A DNA stretch of 64,000 bases from Thermoanaerobaculia bacterium (GTDB lineage Bacteria; Acidobacteriota; Thermoanaerobaculia; Multivoradales; Multivoraceae), in NCBI GenBank assembly GCA_963664405.1, contig OY761158.1:2848001-2912000 (forward strand). Direction: 5' to 3'. Of this stretch, positions 31,696-42,554 are shown one piece after another. The notes beneath the pieces were generated by a model. That model searched no databases. It worked only from the letters and a program-made list of their open reading frames with translations, and was not told where the DNA came from. Numbering within the stretch: position 1 is the stretch's first letter; each line of letters begins with the position of its first letter. Position numbers and translations under genes: made by a program.

Positions 31696-32601
31696 CCCGG
31701 ATGGGACTGTGAGTCGAAGCCATGCCGTCCGGGCAACACCTTCCACGCTTCTTTACCAGAAGAGGTGTGCACATTCTCGGTCTTGCCCTGGCCGTAGCGC
31801 TGGCATACGGCAACATCCTGTCCAACACCTTCGTGTGGGACGATCGAGACTACCTGGTCAATTGGCAGTCCGTTAAGTCGCTCGACCATATCGGCGAGCT
31901 CCTCGGCGGCGACAATCCTCACGCTGGAAGCTATCGGCCGCTGACCAGCATCTACTACGCACTCTCCGTCACCGCCTACGGAGACAACGTTTTCGGCTAC
32001 CACTGCAACAAGATAGCCCTCCACATATTGGCTTCGATTCTCTGTTATCTGATCTTCCTTCACCTCAGCAAGAGCACCTTCCTGAGCCTTGGCGGCGCAC
32101 TCTTCTTTGCCCTACATCCCATTCATGCCGAGGTGGTGACCTCGATGACGAGCGCCTATGACCTCAGCGCGGTCTTCTTGCTCGGCTCGGTCTTGCTCTT
32201 CTTCTATTTCGATGGCCGGCAGACCCTGCCGCGAGCGCGATGGGAGGCTCGTTTCTGGCTCACTTATCTCGGTTCCCTGGCTCTTGCTCTCCTTGCCTAC
32301 TTCAGCTACGAGCTGACCCTCGCTTTACCCTTCTTGCTCGCCTCCTATGTCGTCCTGTTTCCCGGCAGGCCCAGTGGAGACGGGGACGCTGCAGCTAGGA
32401 GGGCTCGCTATCTGTTGCTTGTGCCTTACTTTCTTGGCGTCGCCCTCTCTGCCAAGATGCTTGAGACATCTCGCCACCCCTTAAATAGAGTAGGGCGGAG
32501 AGGTGAAACCTGATGTCTGAAGAGAGGAAGATGGAAGAGATGAGATCAGCAAGCACGTCCATTGCGGTCCGGGGCGAGGAGGAGGTTTCCCAGCTTCCCC
32601 C

Positions 32602-33036
32602 GTGCGCCCAGCTGGGGTCCACGGAGACGCAGCAGCGGGCGCCATCTGGGCGCGGCCGAGCCCTGTGTTGGATCCTGAGGTGGCCGCCAAGCCAACGCGG
32701 CGGACGTTCACGGCCGAGTACAAGCTGCGAATCCTCGAAGAAGTCGATCTGGCCACGCCTGGCGACATCGGCGCGATCCTGCGTCGCGAGGGATTGTACA
32801 GCTCACACCTGACGGCCTGGCGCAGGGCACGCAGGACCGGCGCTCTGCGAAGGCTGGGCCGAAAGCGAGGGCGCAAGGCGAAGTCCGGCAATCCGCTGGC
32901 CAAGAAGGTCGAGCAACTGGAAAAGGAGCTCTCCCGTACTCGCGAGGCGCTGCGCAAGGCAGAGCTGATCCTCGAAGTGCAGGGAAAAGTTGCCGGGCTG
33001 CTGGGCTTCAACCTCGAGGACGGGAGGAACTCCTGA
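32602..33036 (+). CDS. IS3-family transposase OrfA (HTH)
   Basis: RRTFTAEYKLRIL…ILRREGLYSSHLTAWR; start codon uncertain. Confidence 0.85.
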   Translation: MRPAGVHGDAAAGAIWARPSPVLDPEVAAKPTRRTFTAEYKLRILEEVDLATPGDIGAILRREGLYSSHLTAWRRARRTGALRRLGRKRGRKAKSGNPLAKKVEQLEKELSRTREALRKAELILEVQGKVAGLLGFNLEDGRNS

Positions 33037-34040
33037 TCGCCGCCGCCGAGTTGGCGTTGCAGGTCGGCGTCAAGCCGTCCTGTATCGCTCTCGGCGTGGC
33101 ACGGGCGACCCTGTACCGTCGTCGGAAGCCAACTACCGGGCCGCAGCCCCGGCCAACACCCGCCCGGGCTCTGAGCGAGGACGAGTGCCAAGCCGTCCTG
33201 GACGTCCTGGACTCGCCTCGTTTCGTCGACCGTGCCCCCGCCGAGGTCGTCGCCACGCTCCTGGACGAGCAACGCTACCTCTGCTCGGAGAGGACCATGT
33301 ACCGCATCCTCGCTGCGCGAGCGCCGGTGCGCGAACGGCGTAACCAGCTTCGCCACCCCGACTACACCAAGCCGGAGCTGGTGGCGGCCGCCCCCAACGA
33401 AGTCTGGTCCTGGGATATCACCCGATTGCGGGGTCCTGAGAAGTGGAGCTACTACTACCTCTACGTCCTGCTCGACATCTTCAGCCGCTACGTCGTCGGC
33501 TGGATGCTCGCGCCCCGCGAGAACGCCAATCTCGCCGGTCGCCTCATCGAGGAGACCTGCTGCAAGCACGACGTCAAACCTGAGGTGCTCACCCTGCACA
33601 GCGATCGGGGCTCCCCGATGACCGCCAAGTGCACGGCTCAGCTGCTCGCCGATCTGGGACTCACTCAGTCGCTCAGCCGGCCCCAGGTCTGTGACGACAA
33701 CCCCTTCTCCGAGGCCCAGTTCAAGACTCTCAAGTACCACCCGAGCTTCCCCTCCCGATTCGCTAGCCAGGAGGCCGCCCAGGCTTTCTGCAGGACCTTC
33801 TTCCCTTGGTACAACACCGAGCACCGCCACGGTGGGATCGCCCACCTGACGCCTCACGGCGTCCACCACGGTCGAGCGGAGCAGGCCCTTGCCGCACGGC
33901 AAGTCACGCTCGATGGCGCCTTCCAAACTCACCCAGAACGCTTCCTCCGAGGGCGACCCATCGTCGCGCCTTTACCTGGAACCGTTTATATCAACCGGCC
34001 TCAGGATCCGCCGGCCTCGACCGAAGAGGACCTTCACTAA
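33033..34040 (+). CDS. IS3-family transposase OrfB (DDE integrase core)
   Basis: PNEVWSWDIT, DIFSRYVVGW, HSDRGS, DNPFSEAQFKTLKY; in-frame CTG at 33033 overlaps the orfA stop, with GGAGG upstream. Confidence 0.92.
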   Translation: MIAAAELALQVGVKPSCIALGVARATLYRRRKPTTGPQPRPTPARALSEDECQAVLDVLDSPRFVDRAPAEVVATLLDEQRYLCSERTMYRILAARAPVRERRNQLRHPDYTKPELVAAAPNEVWSWDITRLRGPEKWSYYYLYVLLDIFSRYVVGWMLAPRENANLAGRLIEETCCKHDVKPEVLTLHSDRGSPMTAKCTAQLLADLGLTQSLSRPQVCDDNPFSEAQFKTLKYHPSFPSRFASQEAAQAFCRTFFPWYNTEHRHGGIAHLTPHGVHHGRAEQALAARQVTLDGAFQTHPERFLRGRPIVAPLPGTVYINRPQDPPASTEEDLH

Positions 34041-35107
34041 TTTATGACTCGAGGTGTCTCAAAGTTCTTGACAGGTTCCGTCGGGCTCTATCTCGGCGTT
34101 CGATACAGCCTCGAGTCGGTAGGAGTACGGGGCGGTTACGTTTCGGACTCTCCCTATCTGACCGTTCTCGCAAGTCTGCGGGCGCTCTATCGCTACGTCC
34201 GGCTACATCTTGTTCCCTTTCGGCTGAATGTGAATCCTGACTTAGGAGGTGGTCTGTATGCCGCGCATGAGGACATCCTGGAGAGCGCGGTAGCAAGTCT
34301 CTCGCTAGGAAACGGAAGAGTCCTGATTACACTCGGCCTACTCTGCGGAGTGGCTTACGTCTTGCGGAGGAGCTACAAGCGCGAACCGCTTTTTGCCTAT
34401 ATGACGCTGTGGTTTTTCGTTGCGCTCTTACCGGTCTCGAATTTCGTGCCCGGACCTTTGCTATTTGCCGAGAGATACGCCTACGTGGCTACACTCGGTT
34501 TTTCTTTTGTCCTTTGCTTGGCCATTCAAAGGGCTTGCGATCGATGGAGTCTGGGCCGGACTTTCAGTTGCAGCCTGGTAGTGGTCGTGTGTCTCTGCTA
34601 TACCGCGATAGTCCGCAATAGGAACACCCATTGGAAAGATCCGATCGCACTTTGGGAGGAGACAGTGCAGCGCTCAGCGGGAAGCTCTTTGGTACTGAAC
34701 AATCTGGCGCTCGCGTACTGGGAAGTCGGAAGGACTGACGAGGCTCTGGCCGTACTGAGGAGAGTGATCAGCGTGAATCCCGCATACGAGAGGGCCTACA
34801 ACAACTACGGGATGATCCTGGCCGACCGAGAAGAGTATCGTGAGGGTCTCCTTTTCTTCCTCAAAGCTACTGAGCTGAATCCGTCCTATGGTGACGCATA
34901 CTTGAATCTTGGTACGGCCCATCTGGCACTGGGCTTGTCCGAGGAGGCGGTGCCATTCTTGGAGCGTGCGGGTGAGCTGTTGCACCCGGAGGCAGGTGTC
35001 GACCGGCTCCTCGAGATGGCCCGTAGCGGGAGTGACGGAGGCGTTTGAGACCGCGATCCTAAAGATCGCGCCTCTTCTCAGCTGTCGAAGACCTGCTTGC
35101 CCATCAC

Positions 35108-37492
35108 CTAGGCGCAAGCGCTCACCATCAGGTAGGCGCTTGCTGCGATAAAGAAGTTGGTCTGGATGCCCAGCGCCATCGAGACCAGCACGGCGAGGAT
35201 CGAGGCGAGCACGCCGAAAGCACCGTTAATACCCCACATCCATGGCGCCGCGTCGCTCGCCATCGCCGTGGTGAGGCGCAGACCGATGGGAAAACAGAAA
35301 CCAAGGAGCAGCGAGACGGGCGCGGTCAGCGCTGTCACAGTTGCAACGCGCCCCGCGAGCTGCCAGCCGATGGTGGCATCGAGAACCGGCCCGATCAGCG
35401 CGGAGAGGGTGAGGATGGCGACGGCGATGGCGAGAGGCATTCGTCGATGCCAAGCGTTGCCGCGAAGAGTGAGGCGGTCCGAGATTGCGCTGCCGATTCC
35501 CGCGCACAGGATCATTGTCAGCAGGATCACGCTGTAGGCGTGGACCGGGTGGCCGAGATAGACCGCGAGGCGTTGTAGTAGGGCGATCTGAAGAGTCATG
35601 AATCCGTAGCCGATGCCCGCGAAGTAGCCGAAGGAGATAGCTGCTGCCGAGACCGAGAGTCGAGGCAGGGCACGAATTGCCAATGGCACGAAGATGATGC
35701 AGAGCACCAGCACAGTCGCAATCCCTAGCAGAAGAATGAGGGTCGCGGTGGCCCGCAAGTTGCCCCAGACTACGCCCGCCCCCCGCTCCGGGCCCACAGC
35801 TCACGCTTCAGGTGGAAGCGACCCAACTTGAGCATATTGAAGAAGTAAGGCCGCTCGTCTGTTGGCGCGGTGAAATCCAGGTCTTTGTCAAAGGTGGCTC
35901 GGCTCAGCTCGTCGTCGCTTCTTCTGGAGACGATCGCTTCGAGGCGAGCGTCCGGGATGGGATGTCCCGGTACGATGAGAGGCTTGAACTCATAACGTTG
36001 GATCGCGTCATCGATTCTCTCGAGGTCGTCTGCCGAGAAAGGCGATGGAGACATGAGCAAGGTCGCTACCTTCCCGCTCATCACCATCAAAATGTTCTCT
36101 TGGGGGTTTTCGACGCCCGCATCCAACAGGGTCGCGACGCAGAGTGAGAGCAGTCGGCTGGTCTCCGATGCGTTGGCCGGCGAGAAGCAGCGCGAGGTGC
36201 TGAGAACCCCGTGTGGCTTGAGTCGGGCGAGGAAGACCCTCCAGGCCTCGAGGGTATAGAGTGCATTTTCGCTCAGCGCGTAGGCACCTGCTCCGGTCGC
36301 CGCCCAGGTGTCGACTAGAGACATCTGGAGCACATCGAAGCGCTGGTCGCTGCGAGTGAGGTACGAGCGCGCCTCGTCGTGAACGAGACGGACTTCTTCT
36401 CGCTCTGCAATCCGCGTGTAATCGCGGTGGCTCTCTCTCAACACATCGATGAAGATGCGGTTGAGCTCGATGGCAGTGACCGAAGTGGCGCCGACCCAGA
36501 TCGCCGAGAGAATGTCGCGGCCGCCACCCGCTCCGATGATGCCGACGTCCCCTGAGCGTAGTTGGTAGGGCAGGGCCGTGACGTCGTATTGCACCCAGTG
36601 GAGGCTTTCCGGGTTTCCGTCCCACTGCGTGAGCGGCGTACCGGCCTCACCGTCGATGTTCATGAAGACCATGTCAACGGTGAGATCTGAGGGGTAACGA
36701 CCCGGGCCCCAGTAAAGGGGTGTCAGGTTCGTCGCGGGGCGACTAATGAGCACATAGGAATGGCTGTTCCACACCGCGCTCTCCACTTGATCTGTGTCGA
36801 TGGGAACTCCCCTGGTATAGGCGACCTCGATAGGGCGATCGAGCGAGAGGTGTCCGAGTGTCGTGATCGCCAACAGGCCAACGGTTGCGGGAGCCGCCCA
36901 CCGCCAACGACTTGGGCCCGCGAACCGTGCCAAAGCAACACCTCCCGCGGCGGCCAGCGTGCCGGCGACAAGCAGTGCCGACATCATGTCGAGCACTCGG
37001 AGCAGTGGGACCAGGAGGGCGCAGCCTGTAGCGGCGCCGACCAGGTCGGCAGCGTAGAGCCTGCCGATCGATCCGCCGAGTCGGGTGAGCGCGATCGTTA
37101 TGACCGCGCCGGATTGCAGGAAGGGGATCGTCACTAGAACGGTGGTGATGATAAGAGGCCGGATCTCAGCATCGAGAGCTCGACCAGCGGTGGGATCTCG
37201 AGCCGCATCAGATAGAGATGGGTCAGCGGGATCGCCACCGCGAAAGCACAGGAAGGTGCCACGCCGCGTGTCTTGCGGATTCGCCGGCCAAGCGAGATCC
37301 AGCTAGAAAGACGAGCACCGCCCCACCAGCGCCTCCGAGCATGGCGAGAGAGAGCGCCAAGAAGGAGAGGTGGTACCAGGTCAGGACGGAGAGCAGACGG
37401 GCATCGAGGAGCTCGAGGAGCAGCGTCGACAGCGTCGTCAGGAAAAGCCCGAGTCCGAGCCAGCGCCCTTCGATGGATCGGGGTTCCGTCAC
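35108..37492 (-). pseudogene. Membrane protein with spermidine-synthase-like SAM domain, broken by three frameshifts
   Basis: ELLDARLLSV..WYH; LYAADLVGA; IGAGGGRD; DEARSYL; ENALYT; TDERPYF; WGING; frame breaks near 37250, 37170 and 35785. Confidence 0.8.
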
Positions 37493-37517
37493 TGTCAATC
37501 GCTCGAGAGAGGAGCTC

Positions 37518-38495
37518 CTACGCCGCTGTGAGAGCCGACAACTTGTCGCGGACGATGGCTTCAGCCTCCGACATGATCCGGTCAATCAGCTCTTTGCAAG
37601 TGGGGATGTCGTGAATCAAGCCGGCCACCATGCCGCAGGAGTAGGCACCTGCGTCCATCTCGCCGTCGATGAACACACGGGGGTAGACACCCGAGACGTT
37701 TTCCATGATGTCCTCGAACTTGAGGTCGGTGCCGAGCCTCCTCTCCTTTTCGAGCAGAGCTTCGACTCCTGCGTTGGTGAGGACCCGCTCGGTGTTGCGC
37801 AGGGGCCGCATGATGAGTCGAGTGTCGAGCTCGGACGCCGCGACTAGTGTTTGCTTTACATTCTCATGCACCGGAGCTTCCTTGGTGGCGATGAAGCGAG
37901 TGCCCATATTCATCCCTTCAGCTCCCAGGGCCATGGCGGCAACCAGGGATCGGCCGTCTGCCATTCCGCCCGACGCGACGAAGGGGATGTCCAGCTCGTC
38001 GGCAGCACGCGGGAGAAGGATGAAGTTGGGAATGTCGTCTTCGCCCGGGTGGCCGCCGCATTCGAAGCCGTCGACCGAGACGGCGTCACAGCCGATGGCC
38101 TGCGCTTTCAAGGAGTGGCGCACCGCGGTGCATTTGTGGATGATCTTGATTCCAGCTTCCTTTAGGGGCGGCAGGAGTCTGGCCGGGTTGTTGCCCGCGG
38201 TCTCGACGATCTTCACGCCGCTGGCGATGATGGCGTCGACGAGCCCCGGATAGTCGGGCGGCGTCACTGCCGGCAGGAGCGTCAGATTGACTCCAATGGG
38301 CTTATCGGTCATGCCCTTACAGCGTTCGATCTCGTTGGCGAGCTTTTCGGGTGTTCCCTGGGTGAGGCCGGTGATGATGCCTAGACCTCCAGCGTTGGAG
38401 ACGGCTGCCGCCATCTCCGCCAATCCCACCTGATGCATTCCGCCCTGGATGATGGGATGCTCGATGCCAAAGAGCTCGGTGATTCGCGTTTTCAT
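37518..38495 (-). CDS. Nitronate monooxygenase family flavoprotein
   Basis: PIIQGGM, SNAGGLG, GFECGGHPG, ASGG.ADGR, MGTRF. Confidence 0.92.
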   Translation of the reverse strand: MKTRITELFGIEHPIIQGGMHQVGLAEMAAAVSNAGGLGIITGLTQGTPEKLANEIERCKGMTDKPIGVNLTLLPAVTPPDYPGLVDAIIASGVKIVETAGNNPARLLPPLKEAGIKIIHKCTAVRHSLKAQAIGCDAVSVDGFECGGHPGEDDIPNFILLPRAADELDIPFVASGGMADGRSLVAAMALGAEGMNMGTRFIATKEAPVHENVKQTLVAASELDTRLIMRPLRNTERVLTNAGVEALLEKERRLGTDLKFEDIMENVSGVYPRVFIDGEMDAGAYSCGMVAGLIHDIPTCKELIDRIMSEAEAIVRDKLSALTAA

Positions 38496-39208
38496 CTATT
38501 GCTCTCCCGGTGTGTTCCGAAGTTCGATCTCGCCATGCTAACCCGGAAGCCTCCTGCGGCCCAGTAGTGGGGTTCGGAACGAGATTCGATGCAGGGCTGG
38601 AGGTTCTGGCGAAGGGCCGAAACGATACCCGCGGCCGGAGAACAAGAAAGAGTTCTTCAAGGCGGTGGATGGTCCCCGCTGAATGCGTGAATCGTGGTAC
38701 TGCTTTCTCGACGAGCCCACTACGGGCCTCGACCCCCAAGCGAAACACAATCTCTGGGCTCTAGAGCCCCCAAGCACCGAGGGATGAGACCACTTCATAG
38801 GCCCCGGAATCAATGCGGTGTCGTAGTTCTGGGTGAGGTGCGACAGCACAGATCGAGCTCTGAGCCGCTGATCCCACGGGCGACGGGTATGATGTCGCCA
38901 GGTCAATGGCTCAAGAAGCTGGCACTCGCCTCGGCCACTACGGCCATTGCGCCAACGCGGCCCGGGCGAAGCGCAGGAGGTCTGCGGGGTGCGACTGGTC
39001 GAGGACCCGGACCCGGAGGTGGGTTCCAGAGAGTCGATCGGCGAGCGATTGAGCGATTCACAGCGAGCCCTCCGATCCGAGGTGCTCTCCCGCGAGGTGA
39101 CCACCCGAATGTTGAAACCAGCGGTGTGCGTAAGGGAGGCCGCATGTGTAGCAGAATTTCTTCTATTTTGCTTAGTTAGCTGTCTAATTTAGAGTAATAT
39201 TGCCAGGT

Positions 39209-40357
39209 ATGTACTCACGATTGCTGGCTACGCCCCGTCAATCGATCTTTCTGTTCGGGCCGCGAGGTACTGGGAAGTCGACGTGGATTCGCGATCGGTT
39301 TCCGGATGCTACGACCTACGATCTGCTGGACACTGGGGAGGCCCTTCGCCTGACCAGAGACCCAGGTTCAGTCTATCGAGAGCTTTCCCACTTGCCGCCG
39401 GAGAGCTGGGTGGTCGTCGATGAGGTTCAGAAAGTTCCGGCACTTCTCGACGAGGTGCATCGCCTGATCGAGGGGCATCGGCTCAGGTTCGTTCTGTCGG
39501 GCTCCAGCGCGCGCAAGATCCGTCGCGGCGGTGCGAACCTTCTGGCCGGCCGAGCCATTACAACGTCTCTCTTTGCGTTGGTCTCTGCAGAAAGGGACTT
39601 CGAGCTGGATATAGATCTCGCTCTTCGCTACGGCTCGCTGCCCATGGCGGTGACCACCGATGATCCCGCGGGCTACCTCAGAACCTATGTGGAGACCTAT
39701 CTTGATCAGGAGATCCGGGCGGAAGCGTTGACCCGGAACCTCGGCGCGTTCTCTCGCTTCCTTGAAATCGCCGCACGCCAGAACGGGCAGGTCACAAACG
39801 CCTCAGGAATCAGTCGCGATGCCGGCGTCAGCCGGAGCACGGTGCAGAGCCACTTCGAGATCTTGGTGGATACCTTGATCGGTTCCTGGTTGCCGGCTTG
39901 GAAGCTCAAATCGGCCACCAAACAGGTGCAGCAGAGTAAGTTCTTCTTTTTCGACCCTGGCGTGGCGCGGGCCCTGACGGGTCGGCAGGCGTATCCACCC
40001 ACCCCGGAGGAGTTGGGACCCTTGCTCGAGACGCTGGTGCTGCATGAGCTCCGGGCTTTTCTGAGCTACACGCGCCGCGCCTATCCCGTGTATTTCTGGC
40101 GCACCTACGACGGTGCAGAGGTCGATCTCTTGCTAGAAACGATCGACGGTTTCGTGGCGATCGAGGTCAAATCGAGCACTCGTTGGGAGAAACGCTTCAA
40201 TCGCGGATTGCGGCGGTTACGAAGCGAGCTCGGGGACACCCGCACGATCTGTTTCGGCGTCTATCTCGGCGAACGGGTCGCGCTTTGGGACGACGTCAGA
40301 GTGATGCCGGTGCTCGACTTCCTTGAGCAGCTCTGGGACGAGGAGATCGTGCGGTGA
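39209..40357 (+). CDS. AAA_14 ATPase with C-terminal DUF4143 / PD-(D/E)xK-like domain
   Basis: Walker A GPRGTGKS, DEVQK, SGSS, LAGRA, FFDPG, YFWR…EVD…AIEVK. Confidence 0.9.
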   Translation: MYSRLLATPRQSIFLFGPRGTGKSTWIRDRFPDATTYDLLDTGEALRLTRDPGSVYRELSHLPPESWVVVDEVQKVPALLDEVHRLIEGHRLRFVLSGSSARKIRRGGANLLAGRAITTSLFALVSAERDFELDIDLALRYGSLPMAVTTDDPAGYLRTYVETYLDQEIRAEALTRNLGAFSRFLEIAARQNGQVTNASGISRDAGVSRSTVQSHFEILVDTLIGSWLPAWKLKSATKQVQQSKFFFFDPGVARALTGRQAYPPTPEELGPLLETLVLHELRAFLSYTRRAYPVYFWRTYDGAEVDLLLETIDGFVAIEVKSSTRWEKRFNRGLRRLRSELGDTRTICFGVYLGERVALWDDVRVMPVLDFLEQLWDEEIVR

Positions 40358-40450
40358 ACGAAGTGGAGTCGGCGCAATTGAGCTGCCAAAGCTCCTCCGG
40401 GCAGGAGGAGCTTCGACAACGAGGTCCCAATGCTCCGCCAACTCTTTGAA

Positions 40451-40659
40451 ATATTCGGCGCCGCAGATACCGGCGAAGAGTCGCCCAGCATGAGCTGGTG
40501 CGCTTGGCCATCCCGCGCCGCACATATACCCAGAGCCAGATGGACTACCTCATCGAGGTCATCCTGTTCTGGGCTGGTCGCCAAGGCGTAGCTGGCGTCG
40601 CGATCACGAGCGCTCCCGATGTGCTGCGCCATTTCAGCGCTCACTTCCGAGGGGTCTGA
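40451..40659 (+). pseudogene. tnaA: 3' remnant of a tryptophanase / tyrosine phenol-lyase gene
   Basis: 40489-40659 translates HELVRLAIPRRTYTQSQMDYLIEVI…LRHFSAHF, the beta-eliminating lyase C-terminal signature; not in the ORF track. Confidence 0.75.
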
Positions 40660-40714
40660 GGTGCGGCCAGTGAAGCCGTGCTGGCGATTCTGTTCAAGGA
40701 GCCTCAGCGAAATA

Positions 40715-40860
40715 ACGGTCTCCTCGAGGAGGCCGTGGCTGCGGAGGACTCCGGCGAAAGTTCCTGCCGAGCCGAGCGTCGAGTAGATCGCTGTCACGGC
40801 GGCCAGCGTCCAGACCCAGAGTCGTCGCTCGCGGGTAGAAGCGAAGAGCGGTCCGGCCAA
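40715..40860 (-). pseudogene. 5' fragment of a membrane protein (VanZ-family-like), truncated
   Basis: LFASTRERRLWVWTLAAVTAIYSTLG directly after the FG-GAP gene, then runs into the antisense of the tnaA remnant. Confidence 0.45.
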
Positions 40861-40868
40861 GCGTTCTC

Positions 40869-42554
40869 CTAGCGGGCGATCAGCATCGTCACGCGTTGCG
40901 GCTCGGTCCCCGGAGGCTGCTTCGGGGCCCCGTGGGCGTTGCGGGAGGTGAAGGGTTGGTGCATGAGGATGTCCTGCCTTCCGTCCTTGTTGAGATCCAC
41001 GAGCCAGGTGTACTCCTCGTCGTGCAGCGCGACCTTCACCTTCGTGGGCTGCTCGGCGAAGAGGCTACTCTCCGGCACACCGGCGAAGACGTGAAGCTCG
41101 GTGAATTCCGCTTCGAGCAACAGGTCGGAGCGGCCGTCTCCGGTCACGTCGCCGATGAGGAGAGTTCGGTTGAAGGCGCGCGGCCAGGTACCCTGCTGGG
41201 TGCGGTGCTGGTGCGCTCGGCCGCGAAGGACGATGTCCAAGGGCACCCAGCCCGGCTCTCGATGACTGGGTGCGCCGTCCAGGGCGATCCTGCGTACGGC
41301 ATCGGGTTGGTCGCCTAGGATGCCTGTTCCGAGGTCGTAGAGCTCGAGACTCAACCAGACGTCGTCGCCCATCGCGCCCTTGATCTGCTTCCAGAGGCTG
41401 CGTTCCAGATATCTGGGTTGGATAGCGGTGAACATCAGTGCAACGTGATCGCCGCCGAGTCGGTGTCGGTCCATCGTGAACTGGATACGCCCCTCCGCTC
41501 GAGCCTCGGCGCCGACCTCGCCCGAGAATGCGGTTCCACCGTCGGGCGCGGGTTCGCCGAAGTGCACCTGCCAGGCCGAACGCTTTTTGGATGGGCGCCG
41601 CCCGTCGAGCGAGAAGATCACCATGTCAGCCGTGCCGTCGCCATTCACGTCGGCGAGCGAGTGCAGCACTCTCCCAGCCATGTCTCCGGTCGCGAGCGAG
41701 AAGACGTCGTCGGAGTCGAAGGGCACCTCGGTCGTGAGGGTCTCGGCCTCTGGGAAGAACGTCCCGCCCTCCTCCTGGAAGTGAACTTCGAAGTGGTCCT
41801 CGCTCCAGAACGCCAGATCGCGCCGACCGTCTCGGTCGAGGTCCACTTCGTGGATGCGGCTCACGCTCCACGGGTCGTACCGGTAGCCGTCGGCTCCAAG
41901 GATCCCGCTCAAGTCCGTCGGTGCACCGAGCTGCAGCGCATCGGCGAACCTGCCGCCCGCCGTTTGAACGAACACCCGGAAGCCTCTCTTATCGGGCACT
42001 ACGAGATCGTCGCGGCCGTCGCCGTTCACGTCACGCGTCAGATCCACGTGCGGGACTTCGTCATCCCGCGGCGGTGCGAAGCTCGAGGCCACGTCTACGA
42101 GGTCGCGCGGCCTTCCCGATCGGAGATCCAGCCAGCTCAGGCGACCCAGCGGGAGCTCCGAGGAGGAGGGGCCTTCGTAGGTGAGGATACGGTCGCGTCC
42201 GGCGATGTTGGCGACGTCGACAAAGAGCACCTGGGGGCGAAGAGCTAGGTCGTGGCTCCGGACCCACGCGCCGTCCCGAAAGCCGTATACGTGTAGGTGA
42301 CGATCGCCGCTGTCGTCGGCGCTCACGACGGCCAGTTCCGCGACGGGACCCCCGAGCAGGAAGCCGGTCATGACCGTCTGGCGTTTCGCGGCGCCGAGGG
42401 TGACCTCGTAGCGGTCGAAGCGGGCTTCTACTTGCTGTGCGCGGGCCGGCATGGTCCACCCGAAGAACGCGAGTCCCACGAGCGCTAGTCGGGTGGCCGA
42501 GGAACGCGGTATGAGCTGCCTCGAAATCGCTGCTTCGGTCGCTGGCGTCTGCAT
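40869..42554 (-). CDS. Secreted FG-GAP/VCBS repeat protein
   Basis: Signal peptide; repeated DVNGDGRDDL, DLDRDGRRDL, DVNGDGTADM, DVTGDGRSDL, DLNKDGRQDI. Confidence 0.9.
   Translation of the reverse strand: MQTPATEAAISRQLIPRSSATRLALVGLAFFGWTMPARAQQVEARFDRYEVTLGAAKRQTVMTGFLLGGPVAELAVVSADDSGDRHLHVYGFRDGAWVRSHDLALRPQVLFVDVANIAGRDRILTYEGPSSSELPLGRLSWLDLRSGRPRDLVDVASSFAPPRDDEVPHVDLTRDVNGDGRDDLVVPDKRGFRVFVQTAGGRFADALQLGAPTDLSGILGADGYRYDPWSVSRIHEVDLDRDGRRDLAFWSEDHFEVHFQEEGGTFFPEAETLTTEVPFDSDDVFSLATGDMAGRVLHSLADVNGDGTADMVIFSLDGRRPSKKRSAWQVHFGEPAPDGGTAFSGEVGAEARAEGRIQFTMDRHRLGGDHVALMFTAIQPRYLERSLWKQIKGAMGDDVWLSLELYDLGTGILGDQPDAVRRIALDGAPSHREPGWVPLDIVLRGRAHQHRTQQGTWPRAFNRTLLIGDVTGDGRSDLLLEAEFTELHVFAGVPESSLFAEQPTKVKVALHDEEYTWLVDLNKDGRQDILMHQPFTSRNAHGAPKQPPGTEPQRVTMLIAR

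Larger units (their letters stand above)
32443..34078 (+). mobile_element. IS3-family insertion sequence (~1.64 kb)
   Basis: Imperfect 24-bp IRs TGCCAAGATGCTTGAGACATCTCG (32450-32473) / 34050-34073 (19/24); CGTCG direct repeats at 32438-32442 and 34079-34083; orfA and orfB. Confidence 0.9.
31722..35048 (+). pseudogene. TMTC-like membrane glycosyltransferase with TPR repeats, interrupted by an IS3 element
   Basis: 5' part has FVWDD, YRPL, FALHP..EVV; 3' part has AERYAY, RN..W and TPRs; removing the IS plus one CGTCG copy restores the frame (…VPYFLGVGLYLGVRY…). Confidence 0.88.

Noticed and set aside
1174-33932. Long antisense ORFs (1174-2247, 3672-4664, 4848-5945, 9443-10426, 32481-33932)
   Set aside because: Shadow frames opposite well-supported genes, expected in high-GC DNA; no recognisable motifs
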